64,000 nt of DNA. Origin: Bdellovibrionales bacterium. GTDB lineage: Bacteria; Bdellovibrionota; Bdellovibrionia; Bdellovibrionales; UBA1609. The DNA lies in contig JAWLHR010000002.1 in the NCBI GenBank assembly GCA_041690295.1, positions 32,001-96,000 on the forward strand, given 5' to 3'. Of this stretch, positions 56,023 to 64,000 are shown piece by piece. The notes under the pieces were generated by a model that was given only the letters and a program-made list of their open reading frames with translations, did not search any database and was not told the origin of the DNA. How positions within the stretch are numbered: position 1 is the stretch's first letter; each line of letters begins with the position of its first letter. The position numbers and the translations under genes were made by a program.

Positions 56023-56359
56023 TACTGAGGAGTACCAACTTGCCCTGTGGGACGCAAGATCCCCCGTCGTTGACAATCCGCGTGCACGGCTCCGGTGAGC
56101 CCTTGTCGTCCGCCGGTCGGACGGGCGTCTGTTCTGATGGGCAATCTAAACCCTCCTCCGAAACGGTCGCCGCCGTTCATGGGACGAATTCGTCCAGTTC
56201 CCAAGCCCCAACGCCGTGGCGGGAGCTATCGATGAGAAATAAATTTGTTCTGGATGGTCAGTGGAATCCCAATTTGAGCTCGGCATCCGAACGCCATCGG
56301 GTCCACTTTCGCATCTCTGAAGTCACCCTCACCGCGACACGCCACCTTGTGCCTTCAGC

Positions 56360-56388
56360 TTGACCGTGGAGCGATGGGGTATTAGGTT
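56360..56388 (+). promoter_or_regulatory. Putative sigma70 promoter of transposase copy 2, with GGAGCGATGGG motif in the spacer
   Basis: TTGACC-N17-TAGGTT; equivalent TTGACT-N17-TAAAAA at 43749-43777 before copy 1. Confidence 0.55.
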
Positions 56389-56418
56389 GGCGGGAGTCCG
56401 AGCAAAGGCGAGGTGAAC

Positions 56419-56967
56419 ATGGGCGCGCGGGGGCGAGCCAGACAAATGGAATTCGATGGCGCGGGGTTGGGGAAACTCGGTGACCGGTTTGGGGGGAGTC
56501 TTCTTAAAGGCCATCCCAAGCGAGGTCGTCCCCTGGAGTCCAAGCTTCCGATCCATGTTGTGCTTCGAGCCACACGGGGTGGGATGCGCCTGCCGAAATC
56601 GTATGCGACGGTGAATGGAATTGTGAACCAAACAGCCAAAAAATACGGCGTCACAGTTTATAAGTTCGCGAACGTGGGCAATCATCTTCACTTGCTGATT
56701 AAACTCCCAAAAGTTCAACGATGGGCGGGCTTTATCCGTGAGCTCACGGGCCGGATCGCTCAATTTATGCGTGAATCCGTCGGTGTCCCGAGCGATGAAT
56801 CTTTTTGGCGGTTTCGGCCCTATACGAGAATCATTCGTGGCTGGAAACAGGCCTTCCGCACCATTCTTGAATACATTCACCTGAATCACCTTGAAGCCGA
56901 GGGATTTATTTCGCGAAAAGAAACGAAGACGCTTAAGGACCTTCGCGCGATCTGGGCGGATGGGTGA
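56419..56967 (+). mobile_element. RAYT-like / IS200-family Y1 HUH transposase, copy 2
   Basis: GAGGTG then ATG 56419; PIHVVLR, GNHLHLLI, EYIHLN; long identical blocks shared with copy 1. Confidence 0.8.
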
Positions 56968-57196
56968 GAGGCTGTTACGAATAGGCCCGAGCCGCGGCCA
57001 TCCGAAGCGCGGAAGCTCTATCCGTTGGCTTATGACGTGTTCCGTTCCAGTCCGTGTCGGCTGTTTCAACCGGAGGAGTTCACCACTTCCGGTTGAATGA
57101 GCGGGCCGTGCGCATCACGCCGCTCAATCGATTTTCGTTGCGGTCCAAGTAAGAGAATTTCCGGCGTCAAGCCGCCACCCGGCCCATCTCGCAACC

Positions 57197-57586
57197 CTAC
57201 TGTCGGAACAAAAGTTTTATCGTGTCCGAATAAGGTTTGGCGAAAAACGCGAGGTAACTTAATAGGACGCCCGCGAGAATGGCGATGGGGAGTCCGCTGG
57301 GCGCCATGAAGGCATGAACCAAAAAAATATTGAGAACGATCGGAGCCAACACGACCAGCGCGAGGGGCACGAACCGGCCCGTCAGCAAAAGCAATCCGCA
57401 AATGGTTTCCGTTCCCTTCAGCAATGTGAAAAAGTAACCACTGGCGGCCAAACCGTTATTGAACGTCTGCAAGCGCTCCGGCAGATCCGGCGGCGGTGGA
57501 ATCAGGTTAAATAGTCCAATGAGTCCAAATACGAAAAAGATTAATCCCAATAGGATTCGTGCGATCAAGGGAAGCTTGGCCTTCAT
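57197..57586 (-). CDS. DoxX family membrane protein
   Basis: ARILLGLIFFVFGL, E.ICGLLLL, LAPIVLNIFL.H; four TM helices; AGGAG upstream. Confidence 0.8.
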   Translation of the reverse strand: MKAKLPLIARILLGLIFFVFGLIGLFNLIPPPPDLPERLQTFNNGLAASGYFFTLLKGTETICGLLLLTGRFVPLALVVLAPIVLNIFLVHAFMAPSGLPIAILAGVLLSYLAFFAKPYSDTIKLLFRQ

Positions 57587-57661
57587 GATGTCTCCTTTTC
57601 ATCAGTTGAGCGGACGATTGGCGATTTGTCCATCGCATCTCACGATAAAAAGGCGCACCAA

Positions 57662-57690
57662 ACAAAAAACCCGGACTTTTTAGTCCGGGT
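57662..57690 (-). terminator. Rho-independent terminator of the 57725-58339 gene
   Basis: Minus strand ACCCGGACT-AAAA-AGTCCGGGT followed by a T-tract. Confidence 0.85.
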
Positions 57691-57724
57691 CGAGCTCACG
57701 CTCCGTTGAAATTCCGAATCACAA

Positions 57725-58339
57725 TTAGAAGCAGAAGTTACCGCCGAAGGGGAGTCCGTAGCTGGTCAAGTCGATGAAGATCGAGTTGCCGCAGTACCCG
57801 CCGTTATCAACGTAAGGCGGATAGTAGTAGTAGTAATCATAGTTGCGGTAGTACGGAGTTCCGTAGGTGTACTGATCGATATTGATCCCGCCGTAACCGA
57901 TGTTCACGCACTGAAGTTGACCTTGGAAATACATCGGAACATAGAAGGCGCCGAGATGCCAATATTGTTGGTTCCAGGTATCGCAACCTTGCCCGATGAG
58001 TTGTCCGTAGGGGTACTGACCCGGATAGTACCAAGTCTGATTGTTAACGGTGACCGTCGTGCCGGGCGTACACTGAACCAGCTGTCCGAACTGATTGGTG
58101 TAGTAGTTGTTCGGTGCGGCCGGGCAGGTGATCTGCTGGGCGGCCGGCGTACACGGATTGTTCGTTCCAATCACCGTGTATCCACCAGTGAGCGGATTCA
58201 GAACACACTGGCTTCCGGGAGTCGAGGCGGCGGGCGCGCTGGGCGACGAGCTGGTTTTCTTCTTATTACCGCAAGCACCCAAGCTCACCACCACGAAGGC
58301 GGCCAGCAATGTCGTTGCTAAATAGTTAAAGGGTCTCAT
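57725..58339 (-). CDS. Tyr/Gly/Cys/Gln-rich lipoprotein of unknown function
   Basis: GGAGG SD; lipobox LGAC; low-complexity Tyr-rich C-terminus (YYRNYDYYYYYPPY). Confidence 0.8.
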   Translation of the reverse strand: MRPFNYLATTLLAAFVVVSLGACGNKKKTSSSPSAPAASTPGSQCVLNPLTGGYTVIGTNNPCTPAAQQITCPAAPNNYYTNQFGQLVQCTPGTTVTVNNQTWYYPGQYPYGQLIGQGCDTWNQQYWHLGAFYVPMYFQGQLQCVNIGYGGINIDQYTYGTPYYRNYDYYYYYPPYVDNGGYCGNSIFIDLTSYGLPFGGNFCF

Positions 58340-58408
58340 AGGACTCCCTCCAAATTAAAAGTCCAAAACCTTAAAGCCACTAAATGGGGCTATACACAGC
58401 CGATATAT

Positions 58409-58424
58409 TCCAAAGCCTGTGCCA
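58409..58424 (-). promoter_or_regulatory. Sigma54-like promoter (TGGCAC-N5-TTGGA)
   Basis: Minus strand TGGCACAGGCTTTGGA; -12 element reads GG instead of GC. Confidence 0.5.
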
Positions 58425-58513
58425 CCTTTGTAAAAAATATATGGCAGCCTGGCGCCCTCAGGTGCCGGGAATTGTCACTTTAAAGGGGGCTGGGACCGAA
58501 AATCGCCAGCCAG

Positions 58514-60097
58514 CTAGGGGGCCGTCCCTATCTTATATATATTGAGTCCGGAATAGGGGCCTGAATCCGCCTGCTCGCTTAAATACAATTGGCCATCCAG
58601 CTCCGTGAGAACCCCCGAATAAGGAAGGGACTTGGCCGGGCGGGCTGAAGCTCGGCGGGGGGCCGTGGGGTAAAACCGCGAACCCTGGCGATCGGAGACG
58701 GCCAACCAGGTGGAGGCGCCGGATTCGAAGGGGTGGGGATTGGTGAGGCTCGCTCCCTCAGGTGTGATGGCCTTGAATTGAGGTGATTTCCGGGCTTCGC
58801 TTAAGTCGGCGACCTCGATTCGATTTTGAAACTCGGCGAAAATCAATAACCGTCCATCGGCACTTTGAAAAAACAGAGGGGCAACCGAGGGCCTTCGGGG
58901 CTCAAGTAAGCTTTTCGAGGGTTGGTCATCCCGGAAGTTTCGGATGGAGAGTCCCACAGCCCTCTGGGAGTACGCCACCCACAATTCACTTTCATCGGTG
59001 GCGTACATCGCGGGATGTGTACACTCCCGACAATCGATTTGCCATTTGAGCTGCCATTGACCAGCCCGGTATTTTAAGACTTGAAGCCGATCGCCATCGA
59101 TTCGAGTAACCCACAATTGAGAACCCCGCCGGGAAAAGTTCGCGGGCGTAAACGCGACGGCTGAGGTCAACGAATTTTGATGATTCAGGTCCGCCAGCCA
59201 GAATCGGCCGTCGGCCGACGACCAATGCAAAAACTCCTGATCATGGTCAAAGCTGAGGATGCCTTGGACTCGGCCCTTCGGGGAGAGGTCGAATGTGTCC
59301 GAGGAAATCACATCGCTATAGAGTCTTGTCTTCAGCCGGTGGAGTTTCGCGCTTCTGAATATGGGCGTCGGCGGGATCCAGTAAACATTGAGAACAGGCG
59401 GTTCCGGATGCTCCACATGCCAGGACATGTGGATAAAGCCCCCGGTTCTGAGATCCTCCAGGTGGATCGGAAGACTCCAGACGTTTTGTTTTCTAAGTAG
59501 CGAATGCGCCTCGATGGACCCATCGCCGGTGGCGATCGCGAAAACCGGTTCGGAATTATGGTCCCGGATAAACACCGGGCCGGATTTCACTTCTATTTTC
59601 GGCACGCTGTAAATGGGAGTTATTGAGAAATCAGCCGGTGCCTCCTTGGAACCGGACGGCTTGATGCCGCGGGATCCAAGGTGAGTGACCGATATATAAA
59701 ACTCTTGAAGTTCCAGCGTGATCAGGGGCCACTCACTCCGCAGAGACGGAGATCGAATCATTAAGTTGAAGCTCCGCTCGTAAGATTCCGCCAGGGATCC
59801 GGGCCGGCTCATTGAAATCGGGTTCTCCGGCATCGGAGCATGCGCGATCTGATAGATGCGCTCGGCTGAAATCACTTTCGAGGCGTAGGCTTGTTCAACC
59901 AGGAGGGTGAAGCGATGACGGGGGTGGAGTGCTTCCTCGCAACCCACGGCCAAGGACGCCTTGCCTTTCCCAACGGTTAGCAAAAAAAGAGCGGAGAACA
60001 GCCAGCCTTTAATTTTCTGGTGTGGGTTGTTCGGGAGGAACTTCCGGTTTTTCCGGCTCTTGCGGCGGTGTTTCTGTTTTATCGTGATACTTCTCAA
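58514..60097 (-). CDS. Hypothetical, probably secreted protein with beta-propeller-like C-terminal region
   Basis: Long ORF with repeated short beta-strand/Trp segments; true start probably near 60013-59983, because the track start overlaps the upstream gene. Confidence 0.55.
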   Translation of the reverse strand: MRSITIKQKHRRKSRKNRKFLPNNPHQKIKGWLFSALFLLTVGKGKASLAVGCEEALHPRHRFTLLVEQAYASKVISAERIYQIAHAPMPENPISMSRPGSLAESYERSFNLMIRSPSLRSEWPLITLELQEFYISVTHLGSRGIKPSGSKEAPADFSITPIYSVPKIEVKSGPVFIRDHNSEPVFAIATGDGSIEAHSLLRKQNVWSLPIHLEDLRTGGFIHMSWHVEHPEPPVLNVYWIPPTPIFRSAKLHRLKTRLYSDVISSDTFDLSPKGRVQGILSFDHDQEFLHWSSADGRFWLADLNHQNSLTSAVAFTPANFSRRGSQLWVTRIDGDRLQVLKYRAGQWQLKWQIDCRECTHPAMYATDESELWVAYSQRAVGLSIRNFRDDQPSKSLLEPRRPSVAPLFFQSADGRLLIFAEFQNRIEVADLSEARKSPQFKAITPEGASLTNPHPFESGASTWLAVSDRQGSRFYPTAPRRASARPAKSLPYSGVLTELDGQLYLSEQADSGPYSGLNIYKIGTAP

Positions 60098-60326
60098 ACC
60101 ATCCCCTCAATTCATCGTATTTTGGACTCTCGATGGGTTTCGGAACTGGAATTTCATAGTTGGTCGGACTGATGAGCAGCGACATCGGGAAAATCAACTC
60201 GGTTTCACATTCGTTGATATGAGCCTCGCGATCCGCCACCGCGAGGTTGGGGATCAAAAGGGCGATGATTGTGGCGAAAACGGTCGCTTGAGTACACTGT
60301 TGGAAGTGGGATTTAAGATATCGCAT
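60009..60326 (-). CDS. Small secreted Pro/Glu-rich hypothetical protein
   Basis: Hydrophobic signal ending AVA; PE-rich tail. Confidence 0.5.
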   Translation of the reverse strand: MRYLKSHFQQCTQATVFATIIALLIPNLAVADREAHINECETELIFPMSLLISPTNYEIPVPKPIESPKYDELRGWFEKYHDKTETPPQEPEKPEVPPEQPTPEN

Positions 60327-60383
60327 TTCGACTGGAGCCGCTGCAAAGTCTGTGCATATAATTGGAAGTTGGGGAGGGATAAC

Positions 60384-60929
60384 ATGAAACGGTTGGTATG
60401 GGCTTCGATCCTATTGGTTGGACTGGTCCCAAGCACATGGGCGGATTCGCCGTACAAGCGTACGCTCTCGGTTAAAAAGAACAACTTCTCGGATGACGGC
60501 GTTTTCATCGGCGGCAAAGCCGGCTCGGGAATTTCTTTACTTAATGTGAGGCGATTTTATTCACCGAAAAAGCATCTTGAACGCGTCGTTATAGAGGTGG
60601 GAGATAAGGACGCGAATCCCCATTTGAAAGAATTGGGCTATTTCCAGGTGAGCCTTGATAAACAACATAAGCGGATCGTGGTGGATCTCGCGCAGCTTAA
60701 GCTTTCGCGAGTGTCCGAGAGAGCGGTGCAGCGTCTGTTCAAAAAAAGTCCAATCGTATCGGAAGTGAACTTGACTTTGGACCCGGAAGATAAGGCGGCG
60801 ACCTTGGTGCTGAATTTGAAGCACCCCGTCCGAATGGAGGTCTTTCAAAAAACGAAGGCGAATGAACCTGGACGAATCGTCATCGATTACATGCTCGCCA
60901 AGAACGCAGAGGTCGGGGTAAAAAGATAG
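60384..60929 (+). CDS. Secreted AMIN-like domain protein
   Basis: GGAGG then ATG 60384; signal peptide ending TWA; ERVVIE, RIVVDL and PGRIVID repeats typical of AMIN domains. Confidence 0.6.
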   Translation: MKRLVWASILLVGLVPSTWADSPYKRTLSVKKNNFSDDGVFIGGKAGSGISLLNVRRFYSPKKHLERVVIEVGDKDANPHLKELGYFQVSLDKQHKRIVVDLAQLKLSRVSERAVQRLFKKSPIVSEVNLTLDPEDKAATLVLNLKHPVRMEVFQKTKANEPGRIVIDYMLAKNAEVGVKR

Positions 60930-61679
60930 ATGTTTCGGATCGGCTATATCCTGCTCATCCTAGCGCTGGTCCCGGCCGAGGCCCGCGTCTTCAGTTACAA
61001 GGATTCCGGAATCGGAATGATGTTGCGGACAACCGGCGGCTTATCAAAAGTGGGCAACGAACCCTACGCCCATTCAAGCGGCACGGACACGGTTTTAGAT
61101 GACGGGAGTAAATACTTTTATAGTGGTGAGCTGGCCGTCTCCTTTGCCTTATTGAAAGACGTCATTATCCGGATCGGCGCGGAGTTGATACAGCATCGTC
61201 CGGTGGAAGTCACGGGGACCAACCCGGCCGGCGACGCCCGCTTTACCCTGAATTCCACAACCGGCGCATGGAATCCCAATGTGGCCTTTGAATTCATACT
61301 CAAAGAATCCGGTCACACGCGCTATTTGATGGAAGTCGGCGCGGGCTATGCGGACATCACGGTTGAAAACCGTTACAAAATGGCCGACGGAAACGACCTC
61401 GGGGTTGGCGACTTCAATGAGAAGTTATCGGCCACGGGAATTTCAGGTCACCTGGCTTTTGGGGTTGAAACCCATTTTGTTGATACGGTCACGTTCATCG
61501 CGCTACTTGGCTACCGCTATATGCCGGTTCCGGAATTAAAATATAAAGGCGATGTGCAAAACATCGTGAATCCCGCGGGCGCGGCGGAGGGCGAACCGGC
61601 GTTGAATCACGAGGGCGGTAAGCGAACATTGGACATGGGCGGACCTTTTTTAGGCTTGGCTCTTCGCTTTCATATATAG
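60930..61679 (+). CDS. Outer-membrane beta-barrel protein
   Basis: Signal peptide (AEA), VGAGY and LGYRY strands, C-terminal GPFLGLALRFHI. Confidence 0.7.
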   Translation: MFRIGYILLILALVPAEARVFSYKDSGIGMMLRTTGGLSKVGNEPYAHSSGTDTVLDDGSKYFYSGELAVSFALLKDVIIRIGAELIQHRPVEVTGTNPAGDARFTLNSTTGAWNPNVAFEFILKESGHTRYLMEVGAGYADITVENRYKMADGNDLGVGDFNEKLSATGISGHLAFGVETHFVDTVTFIALLGYRYMPVPELKYKGDVQNIVNPAGAAEGEPALNHEGGKRTLDMGGPFLGLALRFHI

Positions 61680-61708
61680 GTCATCGTCCAATAGGTATCG
61701 CGCCCTCT

Positions 61709-63433
61709 TTAGTAGAGGGCGTCGATTTCCGTTTTAAATTTCTCGTCGCAAACCCGGCGCTTGACTTTCAATGACGGCGTCAATTCGCCTCTTTCAATGG
61801 AAAAATCCTGGGGAAGGATCTTGAAATTCTTGATCGTTTCATAACTGGCCAGTTGTGAATTGGCGCGGGCCACTTCCTTGCGCACCAGTTGCACGACTTC
61901 CTCGCGTTGAATCAGCGATCGGTAATCCTTGTAGGTCCAATTATTTTCGCGCGCCAATTTCTTGATGTACGGTTCATTGAGCGTGATCAACGCCACGACG
62001 TATTTCCGGCGGTCACCATGAATCAAAACCTGTGAAATCAGCGGGCTGAGTTTCAGAAGATTTTCCAGTTTTTGAGGAGCGACGTATTTTCCACCGGCGG
62101 TTTTAATCAGATCTTTCTTGCGGTCAATGATGCGTAAGAATCCCCGGGGGGTCCATTCGCCGATGTCACCGGTACGGAAAAATCCATCCCCGTCAAAGGC
62201 TTGTTGGGTGGCGCTTTCATCACGGTAATAACCGGTCATGACTTTCTTCGAGCGAACCAGGATCTCACCGTCGGAATCTAGTTTGATCTCGACGTCCGTG
62301 AGCGGCCGTCCCACGGTTCCGAATTCATAGGCGGTCGGCGTGTTGGCGCAGATCGCGGCGGTGGTTTCGGTGAGCCCATAACCTTCCAACAGGAGCAAAC
62401 CCGCGCGATGAAAGAATTCGGCCAACTTGGGTTCGAGGGGAGCGCTGCCGCTCACGACGAAGCGAAGCCGTCCGCCGAGGTGCTCGCGGAGTTGGCGGTA
62501 AATCAGCAAGTCCGCCGCCATCTGGGGCAAAAAAGATTCCTTGTCGCTCAGCCAGTGAAACAGGCGTTTGCGAAGCGCGCTTCCTTCGATGGACGTAATA
62601 AGTCCGGCGTGGATTTTTTCAAAAATGCGGGGAACGCCGATCATCACCGTGGGTTTGACTTCGCGGATGTTCTCACGAAGACGCTCAATGCTTTGGGCGA
62701 AGTTCAGGGTGAAACCCACATGCAGATTCAACCACATCTCCGTTCGCCCAAGGACATGGGCGAAGGGTAGAAAACAAAGACTGGAATCCACCGGCGAGAT
62801 GGGAAACGCCCGGGTGATATCCTCGACCTCGCTCATGATTTGTTGATGAGTCAGCATGGCGCCTTTGGGTTCGCCGGTCGTGCCGGAGGTGTAAACAACG
62901 GTTGCCAGGGTTTCCGGGGTGACTTGATGAATCCGTTCTTCGAAATAAGTTGAACTCGCACCGAACTTTTCAAGGCCCAGATGAAGAAAAGAATCCCAAT
63001 CCAAAACCGGTTTGGAGCTTTCACCAGCGTCGATGCAAATCACTGATTCAACCGAGTTGATGCGTTTCGCGATCTGCTCCCACTTGCGCAGTTGAGCTTG
63101 ATTCTCGACCACCAGGACACGGGCGCCGGAGTGATTCAATATCCACTCGACTTCCTCGGACCGGTTCGATTCGTATATCGGAACAATGACAGCACCCAGT
63201 CCCATGGTGCCCAGGTCCAGGGCGGCCCATTCCCATCGGGTCGAAGACAAAACGGCCACGCGATCACCGGCTTTCACGCCGAGGGCGGCAAGACTCAAGC
63301 CCACGGCTTCGCAAGTGCGGTAATAATCCTGCCAGGAAAGTTCGAGCCACGTGCGATGCCGCTTAAAACGAACCGCCGTCCATTTCGAAGGACGCTGACG
63401 CGCGGTTAGCAATTGTTGCACGATGGTTGGCAT
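61709..63433 (-). CDS. Long-chain fatty acid-CoA ligase (AMP-dependent synthetase)
   Basis: YTSGTTGEPKG, EGYGLTET, FRTGDIG, IDRKKDLI, ELTPSLK. Confidence 0.93.
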   Translation of the reverse strand: MPTIVQQLLTARQRPSKWTAVRFKRHRTWLELSWQDYYRTCEAVGLSLAALGVKAGDRVAVLSSTRWEWAALDLGTMGLGAVIVPIYESNRSEEVEWILNHSGARVLVVENQAQLRKWEQIAKRINSVESVICIDAGESSKPVLDWDSFLHLGLEKFGASSTYFEERIHQVTPETLATVVYTSGTTGEPKGAMLTHQQIMSEVEDITRAFPISPVDSSLCFLPFAHVLGRTEMWLNLHVGFTLNFAQSIERLRENIREVKPTVMIGVPRIFEKIHAGLITSIEGSALRKRLFHWLSDKESFLPQMAADLLIYRQLREHLGGRLRFVVSGSAPLEPKLAEFFHRAGLLLLEGYGLTETTAAICANTPTAYEFGTVGRPLTDVEIKLDSDGEILVRSKKVMTGYYRDESATQQAFDGDGFFRTGDIGEWTPRGFLRIIDRKKDLIKTAGGKYVAPQKLENLLKLSPLISQVLIHGDRRKYVVALITLNEPYIKKLARENNWTYKDYRSLIQREEVVQLVRKEVARANSQLASYETIKNFKILPQDFSIERGELTPSLKVKRRVCDEKFKTEIDALY

Positions 63434-63475
63434 GAATGGCGAATTAGCATGCGCCCGATTTTGAGTCCAGCGCCT

Positions 63476-64000
63476 TTATTGTGAAGAGGGGCTGCGGCCG
63501 CGACGCGGGTTCAATTGTACGCGCATCCGCTTATCGGCGGGAACGGTCACGACTTTCTCCTCGAAAGAGCCGCCGCTCGCCGTCTCGGCCCGGACTCGAA
63601 CCGGCGTATTCCCGGGTATCGGCACTTCTTTCACCGCGCTCCGACGCAAGGAGTATTGTTTGCCGTTGATGAAGACCACGGCCGGTTGTGGCGGAAAGAT
63701 TTCCACGTCTAAATAGGCGATATTTAACTTCTGCAGATTCACGTCCAGCCGGTTGCCCAGGGATTCGCGGGTGGCGTTTCGCATTTTGTACTCGGCGTAG
63801 CCTTTTTTTCGGATCTCGATCGCGAAGGGGTGAGCCGGCACATCCACGCGGCTGGGAGTCACCATTCCGGTGGACTTGTCATTGATAATGATTTCCGCGC
63901 CCGATGGGTTACTTGTAACCACCAATCCCGTGCTCACCGGGATCTGTGTGCCGGGGATGAAGGGTTGGGAGTCGCCGGTTAAATGACGCGTGGGCTTGAC
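63476..64000 (-). CDS. PEGA-domain protein, C-terminal part (5' end outside window)
   Basis: VTSNPSGAEIIIND..TG.VTP...I.IRKKGY PEGA pattern; frame open to 64000. Confidence 0.8.
   Translation of the reverse strand, partial: VKPTRHLTGDSQPFIPGTQIPVSTGLVVTSNPSGAEIIINDKSTGMVTPSRVDVPAHPFAIEIRKKGYAEYKMRNATRESLGNRLDVNLQKLNIAYLDVEIFPPQPAVVFINGKQYSLRRSAVKEVPIPGNTPVRVRAETASGGSFEEKVVTVPADKRMRVQLNPRRGRSPSSQ

Noticed and set aside
56041..56070. GTGGGACGCAAG resembling a c-di-GMP-I riboswitch core
   Set aside because: No upstream GAAA-capped P2 stem; better explained as the minus-strand -35 region of the M3 peptidase gene.
43780..56967. Composite transposon bounded by the two Y1 transposases
   Set aside because: The copies are clearly diverged with dissimilar flanks, and the enclosed DNA includes housekeeping recN, nadK and an M3 peptidase.
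57820..57845. (TAG)n microsatellite as a phase-variation tract
   Set aside because: It is the reverse complement of a short in-frame Tyr codon run; slippage of triplets would not shift the frame.
59961..60383. N-terminal 141 aa of the track's 322-aa ORF
   Set aside because: Overlaps opposite-strand genes; SD and signal peptide point to ATG 60384.

Overview
A 64 kb bacterial chromosome segment. Gene content and protein style suggest a Bdellovibrionota-like predatory bacterium; this is inference, as no rRNA is present. The core is a dcw cell-division/peptidoglycan cluster (rsmH-ftsL-ftsI-murE-murF-mraY-murD // ftsW-murG-murC-murB-[tamA-tamB-like]-ftsQ-ftsA-ftsZ-lpxH) lacking mraZ and ddl. A ~12 kb antisense locus splits the cluster between murD and ftsW. 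It has a sigma54-type promoter and encodes a 1.2k-aa lipoprotein zinc metalloprotease, two paralogous >1,000-aa lipoproteins of unknown function, a beta-barrel and a FecR-like protein. At the left end is a candidate RiPP locus. An unannotated 35/42-aa Lys/Ser-rich peptide ending in Cys lies directly upstream of a B12-dependent Cx7Cx2C radical SAM methyltransferase. Divergent from it are a class I methyltransferase, apparently starting at a non-canonical ATC, and a peptide ABC substrate-binding protein. The right half holds two paralogous RAYT-like HUH (Y1) transposases sharing an upstream GGAGCGATGGG motif, which also forms a repeat array. It also holds an operon coupling two pilin-like proteins to a membrane-bound spermidine-synthase-like enzyme with a degenerate amine site, and housekeeping genes (recN, nadK, M3 peptidase, acyl-CoA ligase). 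No tRNA, rRNA or CRISPR array was recognised. All functional calls rest on motif recognition by eye; no database searches were run.
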